64,000 nucleotides of DNA from Vicugna vicugna. Taxonomy: Eukaryota. The stretch is taken from contig MU058781.1 of the NCBI GenBank assembly GCA_013265495.1, positions 6,786,522 to 6,850,521 of the forward strand. Reading direction: 5' to 3'. The position numbers were made by a program, and so were the translations under genes. The stretch's first letter is position 1. Every line of letters begins with the position of its first letter. Under the pieces are notes generated by a model. The model was not told where the DNA came from. It ran no database searches and worked only from the letters and a program-made list of their open reading frames with translations. Shown in pieces: positions 53,473-64,000 of this stretch.

Positions 53473-54961
53473 CATGATTTGAAAACTTCAAAGTCTTTCT
53501 TTGTCTGAGCACTAAGACTACTTTCCTTTCAGCAGCAAAGCCCGAAGAAAAACCTCTTTAAACCAAAATATGGAATTACATGCCCCGTCCTGGGAAATGT
53601 TGAGAAAAACAGACATTAAGCTGAGGAGGTGGTGGGAGTGGTGGTAAAGGGTGAGGAAAGCTGGCATTTTTCACTGGTCGTCAGGGCATGCGGTCCAGGC
53701 TCCTTGGGGAGTGGTGAACAAGGAGAAACAGAGCAGGTGGCTTATACTGGATGTGGGTTTGCAAGAGGGGAGATGGATGGGGCTGGAGAGCTTCCAGCTT
53801 ACACTAAGTCAGCACTTGGAAATATGGCTTTATTATTTTCACTTAAGGGCTGTCAAGTCCCTCTGCATCAGACCCACTCAGACGTTAAGTGTCAGCACTC
53901 ACACACAACCATAAGCCCAGCTTCAGAGACTCCGCTACCACCAGGGGTGTAGGGCTGTCTAGCCCCAGAAAGGCATAAGTCTATCCTTACGGAATATCTA
54001 TTCTGATAGAAGCAAGGAACAGAGACATTGTCTTGAACAGACTTAAACCCTGGATTCTCATGTTAAAAGTCTGACGCTCTACAGCCCAAGGTTGTCCGGT
54101 TTCATTCAGATCCCACGTGAGACATAAAGCCAGGGAAGCTGGACAAGCTGTGCTATTAACAGCCAGACCAGAACCGGAAGCTCCCTGAACTTACTCCTAT
54201 CTCTGCGCTGTGGTTTTGGCCAAGTCCTTAACTCTGGGTCAGTTAATAGAGCTTAGATGCAACACAAGACGGGAAAGGAGTTGTGTTCGTGAGAACATGC
54301 TGAGTCCAAAACACGTAAGTCTTTAGAGATTAAATTTAACACCTTGATGTGATACCTGAGCCCAAACGAGTAACTTATTTAAACAAATGGCCAGCCGGCG
54401 GTACTTACCAGGTTACCTGATCCTCCGGTGGGTAGCAGGAGTAACTTTCTTTAGCCTCTTCTTTCCTGGATCTAGATGTTACCAGATCAGGTGTCATCCC
54501 CGCTACAGTTTCCTTCAACTGTCCCTGGGGGAGTGGCTTATGAGCAGGCAGTGGATGTCACCATCTAGTGAGCCCCAAAGGCACGGCTGGGTTGAGGGGT
54601 ACGTGGGATATTCTGTCGGCTGGTCACGGTTCTCTGCCCTCGTGCTGATTAGCGTTAACGTTCATTACAGACAAATCCCAAGACACACTAAATGCTTAAA
54701 GATGACAAGTGATCAGACAAGAACCAATCATAGGAAGGTCTGATTCCACGTAAAATAGTGATAAGGGTACGTATGTCTCTAGGAAAGCCACTGAAGTGGA
54801 AGATCCTAAAGGCATACTTACCATCCACATCTTGGAATCTGTTTTCCCATTTATTCTTACAGATAGTATCAAAATTTGAATTGAACAGTAATGAATATAA
54901 AGTTTGTCCAAATATCCACCTGTCAATAATTCACACCTGGCCTTTGAAATTGCTCGTTTCA

Positions 54962-55056
54962 GCAGGGAGGGTGCAGCTCGGTGGCAGAGTGCATGCTAAG
55001 CACGCACGAGGTCCTGGGTTCAATCCCCAGTTACTTTCATTAAAAAAAAAAAGAAA
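54962..55056 (+). mobile_element. Camelid tRNA-Ala-derived SINE, short form
   Basis: gggagggtgcagctcggtggcagagtgcatgctaagcacgcacgaggtcctgggttcaatccccag plus A tail; TSD gaaattgctcgttt / gaaattgcttcttt. Confidence 0.9.
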
Positions 55057-55969
55057 GAAATTGCTTCTTTGGCTTTGCGGTCTCTATAGTGAAACCACAA
55101 GCCTGAAACTCCTCAAAAGAGAGATTTGCATAGAATGCCTCTCAGTTTCAGAATGAGTATGAAAAATGCTGGGGGAAGAAAGTGTGAAGAGAAAAGTGAT
55201 GAGGTGTGCATGTAGCTGGGTCGGCGTCAGTGTTGGTTAGACACTGTTTATTCTACAGCAGCCCGGTGCCGCCTGAACCTCTGCCACGAGGTCTGTGAAG
55301 AACCTCGAAAATGAGGAGATTTTAAGTGTGAAAACTGTAAATGAAGATAAATCATCCCCATGTGTAAAGTATGTTGAGAATTAGTGCCCGAATTTTGTGG
55401 TCACGAGGCAAACACAGACAGCCACTTACTCAGTGATCACTGCTGTGGCTCTTAGCCAGGGAGGCCGGCTCTTCTGCTCGAAGGATAAATGCCCACACAG
55501 ACAGAGGGCGGCTCGTCGGGAGAGAAAAAGCTAAATGCGGAGCTGGGACCGACTTGCCTGTGAGACGCCTGACGTCCAGAGAGAGCCTGCGGCTGGTCGG
55601 GCCATCTGCAGAGCTGTTCTGCTGCTGGGCTTGCGCCTGGAAAGAGAGGGGGACTCAGCAAGGGGACAGTGGCTTCTGCGGCACTTCTGAGCAAGCCCCT
55701 GAAGGCACCTGTGCCAGCTGCTCTCTCCCACGAGCCCGTCTCGAGGTGTGGGGTTACTGAGGTATAAGTAAGTCCAGGCTGATCTGGTTGCACCCAAGTT
55801 GGTCATTCTTCCTTAAACCTGCCACAGACACTGTTTCACTGCAGCATTTTACCCCCAAATAAGGGCCACATGTGAATACACTGAGAAGAATCATAACCAG
55901 AAATGCCACCAAGCAGGAATTTGGAGGCTGGGAGAGAGGATGAGAATTGAAGGTAGGAATTTAAAAACT

Positions 55970-56146
55970 GGGGGGAGGGTGTAGCTCAAGTGGTAGAGGG
56001 CAGGCTTAGCATGCACGAGGTCCTGGGTTCAATCCCCAGTACCTCCTTTAAATATAAAGAAAGAAATAAACCTAATTAATTACCTTCCCCACCGCAAAAA
56101 TCCCTAAATAAGTAAGTCACTCTTCAAAAAATAAAAATTAAAAGAA
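55970..56146 (+). mobile_element. Camelid tRNA-Ala-derived SINE, long-tail form
   Basis: gggggagggtgtagctcaagtggtagag...ttagcatgcacgaggtcctgggttcaatccccagtacctcc; TSD gaatttaaaaactgg / gaatttaaaaaatgg. Confidence 0.92.
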
Positions 56147-58567
56147 GAATTTAAAAAATGGAGACCCAGAAAGAAGAACACCCAAGAAAAGGGCAGAACT
56201 GAATCATGGAGAAGGGCTGGCTATTCAGCCTTGGGAAAAACTGTGAAAATGCAGGCAGTTAATACAGCATTTCCCAGGACACTAGCCCTGGGGTCAGATA
56301 AGCCTGGGAAATACGGTGTCCTATAATGAGCCATCCCCTATATTTTGCAATTTATAATGCAGAATAGCTTATTAATGGCTTTGAGATCTATTGTAATAAA
56401 GAAACCCATTTAACAAATTTATTTAAATACAGAACCTCTTTTTCCACATTGCCCCATTCTAGTGACATCCTGCAGGACTAGACTTCTACAGCACACATAT
56501 GTTATAGTGTATTAAGTAAATGTAGCAGCTACGAGAAAAGTGTTTACTTAGAGGAAGAGGCATGATATTATGGGAAAACCAAACTGGGTTCGGAGTCGGG
56601 AGAGCTGGCGTCAGCTGCTGACTCTCCCCAATTCTGCATATCTAGGTAGAAAAAAAATGCTATGTGCAGCTTATACTGCTGAAAATCCAAAATCAGAGAG
56701 AATTCAAATGGCAGCAAGGTTTAGGATTCTGGGTTTTCTCCCAGAAGATTAATCACCTGTCCACGTTACTTAACTTCCCCAGTCTTCAATTTACTCACTT
56801 AGGAAGTAAAGGGGTTAGACACCAAGATTTCTGTGATCCTGCCAAACTTTAAAACTTAATGTACCAAAGGAGCTCTGATAATTAAAAAAACCAAAAAAAC
56901 AAAAAACCCCAAACCCTCTCCCCTGCTATCAGGCAACTCTCCTCACACTCCTCAAAAAAGCCAAACAATGTCTTAGCAATTTGACTTCCCACTCAAAGCC
57001 CCAGGGGGCCAAAAGCATTTTCCCCTGTTGTGGATCCCTGAGCACAGACCGAAAGCCAGCTTTGTGCCGCCCTGACACACGTGTAAAGCCCCGTCCTTGT
57101 AACGTGTGATGTTTTCTAGAGGCCTCTGCCCTGGACTTTCTGGAGATGCCTTTAGATGCAAGACACAGACACCCAATTCACATTTTTTTAAGGAGAAACA
57201 GGGAACTTCTCAGCTCAGATAACTCTGACATCTAGCGTTCCACCTAAAAGCTTTGGGAACAAAAAAATCTGGGGACCCAATAATGTCACACAGCTGTCAT
57301 CTTCCTCAGTCCCTTTTCCATGGGCTCTGATGTCAGGCAGGTGCGCCCCACACGGGTGCAGGTCAAAGCTTCATCGTCTTTAACTGTTACACTTAAAAAC
57401 AGAGGTATTGCCTCACCCACAAACAGTTCAAGCAAAACAACGATCGCTAACAGTCACTGAGCACTTACCACGGCGTCTAACGCACACACACACTTAGGCC
57501 CCACAGCTCTCGAAAGTGAGTACTATTCAACGTCCATCCTGCGGGCAAGGAAACTCAGGCTCAGAGAGATTAGTCTGTCCACTTTCCGTACGTGTGACCT
57601 CGGGCAAAGTATTTAACCTCTCTGTGCCTCAGTTTCCTCACCTGTAAAGATGCCAACAGCAACACTTTCCTAGGCTGTAGTGAGGATTAGATAAGGCTAC
57701 GCAAGAATTGAAGGACGGAACCCAACGTGTAGTCACTGCATCCAACGAAAAGCCAGCCATTCTTGGTACCATTTCCTATTCTCTTATCCTCTGCCTGTTT
57801 CCTTGTAATGGTCCCCCAAAATTCAGCCTCACATACTCCATTAGATCAGATAGAAAGTGTCACAGTGTATCACAGCCATGGGTGCAGAGGAGGAAGTCTG
57901 GAGCAGCAGAGCTTGGGCAGAGCTGGGACCAAGATGGAGCATCCATACTGGGACAGTGGAGCCGAGGGAGGAGCAAAGTCAAGGCCACCAATTCAGCCTA
58001 GATGGGAGCCAGCAACGAGGGATCTGCCCTGGAGGGCAATATCGCACGCACCGGACAGGAAAACCTTTAACTGGAAGGCTCTCATACCTTCCAGCCTCAG
58101 GGTGCGCCAGGAGGAGAGCCGCAGGTGGGAGCCCGTTCCACCCACGAGGGAGACGGTAATGAGCTCGCTGGCTGGAAGGGAGAGCGCGGAACCCAAGCGA
58201 AGGTCATACCCTGACAGGAAGCCTTTCACTGATGGTGATTACACGAAGAGATGGTGTTAAATATTATTCATAAATTATTTGGCAAGTTTCACAATAAAGA
58301 TAGGATCTTATGGACAACTTAACATACACCCTGGCCAAAAAAAAAACTTCTTAATTCAGTTGTGAAATAGCCCATCAAACTGACACATTTTTGAGGGTGG
58401 CTTCCATCCAAATTGGAGAAGTTATTCTGGATATCCTGACCACACGATGGGCACCTGGACCCAAAACTATTCTCAGGCTCCATATTTCTCTGACATTGTT
58501 CTTGGAAATTAGTCAACGTTTCTGACCTCTTTAAACATAGTTTCCCATTTGCTAAAAATAGCTACCA

Positions 58568-58666
58568 GGGGGCTGGGTATAGGTCAGTGGTAGAACACGT
58601 GCTTAGTACGCACGAGGTCCTGGGTCCTGGGTTCAATTCCTAGTGTCTTCATTAAAAAAAAAAAAA
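58568..58666 (+). mobile_element. Camelid tRNA-Ala-derived SINE, short form, with an internal 7-bp duplication (ggtcctg)x2
   Basis: tRNA-like body plus A13 tail; TSD aaaaatagctaccag / aaaaaaagctaccag. Confidence 0.9.
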
Positions 58667-60184
58667 GCTACCAGCTGGAAACTTGCAATGTCTTTATCTT
58701 GACTATTTTGCCTCTGCTCGATACCTTGGTGTGCACAGGAGCGATGCCACCTGAGTTGCTGAAGTCAGGGAAGGGGAGGACTCAGGTAATAACCACAGTG
58801 CCAAGATGCCCAGAAAGGTCCTGACTTAACAGCAGGCAGGCCTTGAGCATCAAGGGACGTCAAGAGCACAGGAGACAAGAGGACACCTCCAGTGACAAGC
58901 ATCTCTGAACTAGGGAAGTATTCGTGATGTCAGTTTGACTCCTCCTCCCCTAAAATCTGGGGTTGCCACGATGATGGGGAAGGATTAAATGTGGGAGAGG
59001 ATTATCAAATATTTCACTGTGGGAAGGATTTTACTGTAACAATAAATAAGCTTTGTTCAGAAAGGGCACTTTTGACCCGGGCAGATATTAATCCATTTAC
59101 TACTGTGGTGTTTAGCTAAATGTAAAAATATCCATAAAATGCCCTCAGATGCTCAGAAACACAGCTGTCATTTCATCTTTTTTATAGAGTCCTAGCATCC
59201 TGACTGGCTACTGCTCCAGAAAAATAGGTCCTGATGTTGGTACCATGAAGAACCAGTGCGGGCTGAACTACAACTGTTTGCTTCTAGTTTGTTTTGGATG
59301 AAGTGACCAGTATTCACAACATTAATCAGTCCCAAATTCTAGGCTTTCTGAGATGCCTGCTCTGCTTGGGCCGTTAGGGGTACTCCCTCCTCCCAGTGCC
59401 CTGAGCATATGCTCCGCTGAGCCCTTCCCATTCTGGGCTGTATCTTTCTGATAATCTTGTCCCCACCCCCACACCAGCCTGTTAGTGCCTGAGGGCTCCT
59501 TCACATCCTCACCCTTCGCAGGTTGCTTAACACAAAATGAGCACCTATCCACTCCATCAACTGCAACATTAAAGCAGGCGGTATCTTAATCAAGGCTCTA
59601 CTTCAAGAAGTATATAAGTGTTGAGCAGTGGCCTAAATGCTGACTCAGGGCCAAGGCAACTGCTTATTGAATACCCAGTGTTTGCAACACATGGGATAGA
59701 TTTAACTGAATGGAGAAAAACTCCATCACAAAAGTGCTTCAGGTTACCACTGGTCATAATAAAGGCAGGCAAAATCACTTCCGCCCTGACCTGACTTTAG
59801 TAACACAAACAGAACATCACCCAGCTCTCTAACACCAGGATGGGTGTGGTGTGTTCCGCAGGAGTTTAGAACTCACTCGACACAAACCAACCAAGTAGTT
59901 TCCCAAGTGCTGACAGTGGAGGAGATACAGGTACTAAGAGATACGTTTCCCTTTTGAATAAGTAATTTCAATGATTTTTCTTATTCAAGTAACTCAGGAT
60001 CCACAGGAACTCCACCTAATGTGCCATCAAAAGGAACTGCAAGTTGAACTAAACTGATGTTCACCAAAAAATCCTTTTCCTTTTGAACTCTCTCTAAAGT
60101 CTCCTTTCTCCATGCATCTAATTAAATGGAGTACACATAGCAACAATATACACTCAGAACCCCTTCCCGCATCTGTTACCTTGT

Positions 60185-60382
60185 TTAAGAGCAAGGGGTT
60201 TTGGAGTCAGAACAAAGTTCCTATTGTGACTGTCATAGTAAGTAACGTGACATGTTTGGGTAAATCACTTAAGCTCTCTGTGTCTCAGTTTTCTCATCTC
60301 TAAAATGGGATTCATAACAGAAACCACCACTGGGTAGTTGTAAGGATTAAATGAGCTAATATTTGCAAGTTTCTTAGAACAG
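60185..60382 (+). mobile_element. MIR SINE downstream of the NHLRC1 stop (probably in the 3'UTR, antisense to the gene)
   Basis: MIR core: ttgggtaaatcacttaagctctctgtgtctcagttttctcatctctaaaatggg...gttgtaaggattaaatgagctaat. Confidence 0.8.
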
Positions 60383-60578
60383 GGAGTACCAATCAAGAAA
60401 TGGTAGATTTAATTATTATTCTTTAATAGTTGCCCCAGCCTTTGTAACTTTACCAGGCAGTTATAATTATCACTGTTGAACAGGTGACATTAAGGAATTT
60501 ATCCAGGGTTAAACAATTCAGCAGGGGCAGCTTCAGGGCTACTGAAGCCAGGCCCCAGGACCAGCCCCGGACACCCCA

Positions 60579-61766
60579 TCACCCCCAGTCAACCTTATAG
60601 ACTTTCACAGAATGGGCTGCACTATCCAGCACAAGAAGAGAGTTTTCCTTGGTGAAGGTCAGTGCCACAGGATGGGAAAGACCATGGGTGATGATGGGTT
60701 TCAGACCTGGAAACTCCTCGGGTTTTCCTAAGCACAGGACAGCCTGACTACAAGTGTCTGCCACAATCACGTTCCCTTGGTGATCAAAGGTCACAGCGGA
60801 GGCAATTATTTTGGAGGGGAAAAAGAGGCTCAGCCCAAAGGCATCCACCTGGCCGATGAGCTGCATGCTTGCGCTGAACACCTTCACCGTGGTGCCGCAG
60901 GCGCCGCTGCCCAGAGCCCGGGGGTGCTCTAACACTGCTATGGCCCCGGTGAGCCAGGACACGGCCACCCCTCGGGGATGGCACAGGGCAGCTTGCAACC
61001 TTTCGGTTCTCCGGAGGACCCCTTCTGGAAAGTCGACTTCCAGGAGGTGCAGGGACCCCGCTTCTGCATCAGTTACCAAGACCCCATTCTGAGGGGTGGT
61101 CTCCACACCCCAAGGCAAGGAGAACTGGCCTCCAATGACAAGCTTGATCTGGCCAAAAAAGTCAAACACTTTGATGGAGCGGTCGCCGGCGTCGGTGACA
61201 ACCACATGGCAGTCGTTGGTGACGGTGACATCAAGTGGGTACCTAATGTCCTGAGCAGCGTCCCCCTTCTCTCCAAACTGATGTGCACATCCTCCCCCGG
61301 AGTCAAAGATCTTGACCCGCCTCTTGCCGTCGTGCACCACCACGACCCGCCCCGTCTTGGGGCACAGCGCCAGCCCGGTGGGGTTCACCAGGGTCCCCCA
61401 GCCCCCGAAGGCGTGGTGGCAGGTGAAGGCCCCGGGGGAGCTGGGGGCGGCGCGGTTGGCTGCAGGGGCCTGGCGAAGCGCGGAACCCAGCAGCTCCAGG
61501 AGGTGCAGCACCGGCAGGCAGTCGCTGGTGTCGCAGCCCCGGCAGGCTCGACGGCAGAACGGGCACTCGAGGGCCAGCGTCCGCGGGTGCGCCAGGGCGG
61601 CCACGCAGGCCAGGCAGACCACGTGGCCGCAGGGCAGGTTGCGCGGGCGCCGCTGCTGGCGGTGGCCGAACCGCTCAAAGCACACTTTGCACTCGAGCAG
61701 GCTGATCTCGGCCTCGCGCACCAGGTCCCGCAGCGCCGGCCCGCCCCCGGAGGCCTCGGCACCCAT
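60579..61766 (-). CDS. NHLRC1: NHLRC1 / malin (EPM2B), E3 ubiquitin ligase with a C3HC4 RING and NHL repeats; single coding exon, 395 aa
   Basis: ATG at 61766 in a strong Kozak context (GCG-ATG-G). Intact 1188-nt frame [15 protein letters not shown]...[12 protein letters not shown] ligands C26, C29, C46, H48, C51, C54, C68, C71. NHL repeats (PTGLAL, PLDVTV, PWGVET, PRGVAV, PVALTF). Same length as human malin. Confidence 0.98.
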   Translation of the reverse strand: MGAEASGGGPALRDLVREAEISLLECKVCFERFGHRQQRRPRNLPCGHVVCLACVAALAHPRTLALECPFCRRACRGCDTSDCLPVLHLLELLGSALRQAPAANRAAPSSPGAFTCHHAFGGWGTLVNPTGLALCPKTGRVVVVHDGKRRVKIFDSGGGCAHQFGEKGDAAQDIRYPLDVTVTNDCHVVVTDAGDRSIKVFDFFGQIKLVIGGQFSLPWGVETTPQNGVLVTDAEAGSLHLLEVDFPEGVLRRTERLQAALCHPRGVAVSWLTGAIAVLEHPRALGSGACGTTVKVFSASMQLIGQVDAFGLSLFFPSKIIASAVTFDHQGNVIVADTCSQAVLCLGKPEEFPGLKPIITHGLSHPVALTFTKENSLLVLDSAAHSVKVYKVDWG

Positions 61767-61799
61767 CGCGCGGCGCCCGGCGCTCCCGTCGCGCCGCCA

Positions 61800-61847
61800 G
61801 CCCGCAGAGCCGGACGCTGCGCCCGCAGAGCCGGACGCTGCGCCCGC
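61800..61847. repeat. 21-bp tandem repeat (gcccgcagagccggacgctgc) x2.3 in the NHLRC1 5' leader
   Basis: Two perfect copies at 61800-61820 and 61821-61841, plus a partial third. Confidence 0.92.
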
Positions 61848-61921
61848 GCCGCGCTGGGTCACGGGCACGGGGCGGGGCGCGGGTCCTGACGTCGACGGCA
61901 GCGGGCAGCTCGGCCGAGACC

Positions 61922-61940
61922 TGCTGCCCCCTGGTGGGCG
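61922..61940 (-). promoter_or_regulatory. Candidate CTCF site upstream of NHLRC1
   Basis: The minus strand reads CGCCCACCAGGGGGCAGCA, close to the CTCF consensus CCACCAGGGGGCGC. Confidence 0.65.
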
Positions 61941-62303
61941 CGCGCGGCACTGCAGCCTGAGGGCCTAACCCCAGACATTTACAAACTATCCACAGGGCGG
62001 AGTCAGATCTGCAACGTTCACAACAGCCATGGATAGATTATCTCCACTTTACACTCGGGGAAAAGCACCTATTGAGGACAAGCGAGTTGCTCTCTATTAC
62101 CTAGAAAAGTGCCCTGCAGTTTCCAGTGGGCAGGGCTGGGTGTAAGCTCACGATGCTTGCCATCTGACTGGGAAAACACAGAGCAAAGGGGAAATTTAAA
62201 TCCGAGGGGGTGAGGCAGGTGCACGTACTTCTTTTGGGTCTCCTATCACTCTGCAAAGTAGATGCTTAATACTTTAAGTAGATGCTTAAGATTACAGTAG
62301 ATT

Positions 62304-62360
62304 ACTGGAATTTGACACAACATTGTAAAATGATTATAAATCAATAAAAAACGTTAAAAA
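62304..62360 (+). mobile_element. 57-bp L1 3'-terminal insertion with a perfect 16-bp TSD
   Basis: TSD aagattacagtagatt at 62288-62303 and 62361-62376. The insert (gaatttgacacaacattgtaaaatgattataaatcaataaaaaa) resembles the L1 termini at ~29922-29965 and ~40365-40405. Confidence 0.85.
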
Positions 62361-62858
62361 AAGATTACAGTAGATTTTAAAATGAATTTAAGTGTGAAGG
62401 AAGGGATTGTTATACGACAAACCATAAAACCCACTAGGTGAATTTGTGTCATGTCAGAGGTGGGGACATGGCTGGGAAAGTCTTCCAGAGAGATTTGGAT
62501 GAAATAAGAAAGCTGTTAGCTAATAATAATTACTATAGAACTTTCTCCACACCTGCCCTCTTTAAAGTGGTTTCCATAGGTTATCTTATTTAAACCTCTT
62601 GACAATCCTATAAGGGTATGTTATTTTCATCACCCCTTTTCTACAAAAGAGCATGTAGAGGCTAAGTTTCTTGCCCAGAGTCATGGCCAGGAAGTGGCCA
62701 GGCTGGGATTTGAGCCAGGCGGTTTGACAGCAGAGCCCACACTGTTAATTACCCGAGTTGTCTTCAAACTTGGTAAATATCTGGGTCTCATCCCGGAAAG
62801 ATTGACTTGTCCAGGATGTGGTCTGGGCAGCTGGGATTTTTAAGAGCTCCCAAGTGGA

Positions 62859-63026
62859 GGGGGAAGGGTATATAGCTCAAGTGGTAGGGTGCATGCTTAG
62901 CATACAAAAGGTCCTGGGTTCAATCCCAGGGCCCTCCCTAAAAATAAATAAACCTAATTACCTCCTCCCCCCACCAAAATAAAAATAAATAAAAATAAAA
63001 TATTAAAAAACACAATTTTAAAAAAA
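62859..63026 (+). mobile_element. Camelid tRNA-Ala-derived SINE, long-tail form, inserted in a MER5-type element (~62755-63071)
   Basis: tagctcaagtggtagggtgcatgcttagcatacaaaaggtcctgggttcaatcccag; TSD ctcccaagtgg / ctcccaagggg; the host ends tgcagccaagtttgagaaccactg. Confidence 0.88.
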
Positions 63027-63572
63027 TCTCCCAAGGGGATTATAATCTGCAGCCAAGTTTGAGAACCACTGAGATACAACAGTCCCTCAAATTATACCAG
63101 GTTAAATTCTATCAACCCCAGACAATACGGAAAGCACAGAGAATCTACCATGTGTTCAAAAACTTCAAACAGAAGAATCACTGTGGTACTTGCAGGCTCT
63201 CGTTTTCAGGAGTCCTTCCTCAATGTCTCACGTGAACACTGTCTTTGGCAAAAGCACATATCCGATCATTGCTCCTCATTTAGAGATAATGACCGTCATC
63301 TTTCACCCTCTTATTTGCTAGACTTCTGAGAAAATGGGATTTTTATCCCATTAAATCCCCCAGAGGAAGCATTAATGTAAGACAAGAAGAAACATGTTCT
63401 TATCTAGTGTTACAGGATTCAAAGATTATCTGTGTATTGGAACACAATAACCAACTTAATGTTAGTAAGACTTAATAATTTCAGACTACAATACATTTTC
63501 ATTCCAAATAGAGATTACTTTCCAAAGTAATCAGGAAATCGAAATTCCATCTAAAAATGGGATACTTTTAGA

Positions 63573-63882
63573 ATTGGTGTTATCTAGTAGAAATACAACG
63601 AGAGCCACATATATAAATTAAATTTTCTAGTGTCCCCATTTTAAAAAGTAAAAAGAAATTAGTGAAATGAATTTAATCACATATTTTAACTCAAATATCC
63701 GTAATATCCCAAATAATATGATTGTGACATGTAATCACTGCAAAAATTATTAGACATTTTTACACACTCTCTTTTTTTAGTACTAGGTAAGGTCCCGCAT
63801 GTATTTTAAACTCAGTACATCCTAATTCAGCTCAGGAACCACATGCAACTGGTGGTTACTGTGTGAACTGTGCAGATCTAGA
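63573..63882. mobile_element. MER33-type hAT element
   Basis: tagaaatacaacgagagccacata...aattttctagtgtccccattttaaaaagtaaaaagaaa...ccacatgcaactggtggttactgtgtgaactgtgcagatctaga. Confidence 0.65.
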
Positions 63883-64000
63883 CCAAGTCTGTAATATGAT
63901 ATACTGCCTTCCCAAGATGCTTTCCAGACTGATTTCACTGATGTTTGGTTTGTTTCTAACTTGGCTCTGCTCCAGCATTGTTTTCCGAAGACCCCAACTC

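Larger units (their letters stand above)
60870..61960. promoter_or_regulatory. NHLRC1: NHLRC1 CpG island / promoter with GC box (61869-61878) and CRE-like TGACGTCG (61887-61894)
   Basis: High CpG density over the 5' half of the gene; motifs read directly. Confidence 0.85.

Noticed and set aside
55970..56046. Functional tRNA-Ala gene (also the seven similar copies)
   Set aside because: A-rich tails, TSDs and broken stems identify them as SINEs.
57708..58260. 165-aa and overlapping ORFs downstream of NHLRC1
   Set aside because: No recognisable homology, promoter or splice support; consistent with chance ORFs in a GC-richer patch.
61767..61868. 34-aa N-terminal extension of malin in the 429-aa ORF call
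   Set aside because: It starts at a GTG in weak context. The ATG at 61766 has a strong Kozak context and gives the known 395-aa length. Kept only as a speculative finding.
60978..61968. Long antisense and alternative-frame ORFs over NHLRC1 (303 aa, 218 aa, 125 aa)
   Set aside because: Shadow ORFs expected from GC-rich coding DNA; no recognisable domains.
62000..64000. TPMT 3' exons (the next gene in the mammalian synteny block)
   Set aside because: No TPMT coding sequence recognised; it probably lies beyond the window.

Overview
Mammalian genomic DNA, very likely camelid (alpaca/llama/camel), judged by eight copies of a tRNA-Ala-derived SINE matching the camelid Vic-1 type. The window is the KIF13A-NHLRC1 interval. 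It holds the 5' end of KIF13A on the minus strand: CpG island, coding exon 2 at 7110-7200, and exon 1 inferred inside the 393-N gap. About 52 kb of repeat-rich intergenic DNA follows (L1, MaLR/ERVL LTRs, MER21, hAT elements, MIR/L2, SINEs). The complete single-exon NHLRC1 gene (malin, RING-NHL E3 ligase, 395 aa, minus strand) lies near the right end with its CpG-island promoter. Also present are a 5'-truncated processed GAPDH pseudogene, a tailless tRNA-Gly 5'-half retropseudogene with a target-site duplication (TSD), and a 57-bp L1 3'-end insertion with a perfect 16-bp TSD in the NHLRC1 upstream region. I found no convincing previously undescribed multi-gene system; the most interesting signals are small retroposition and regulatory features. 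All gene and repeat-family names come from recognition by eye, not database searches, and repeat boundaries are approximate.
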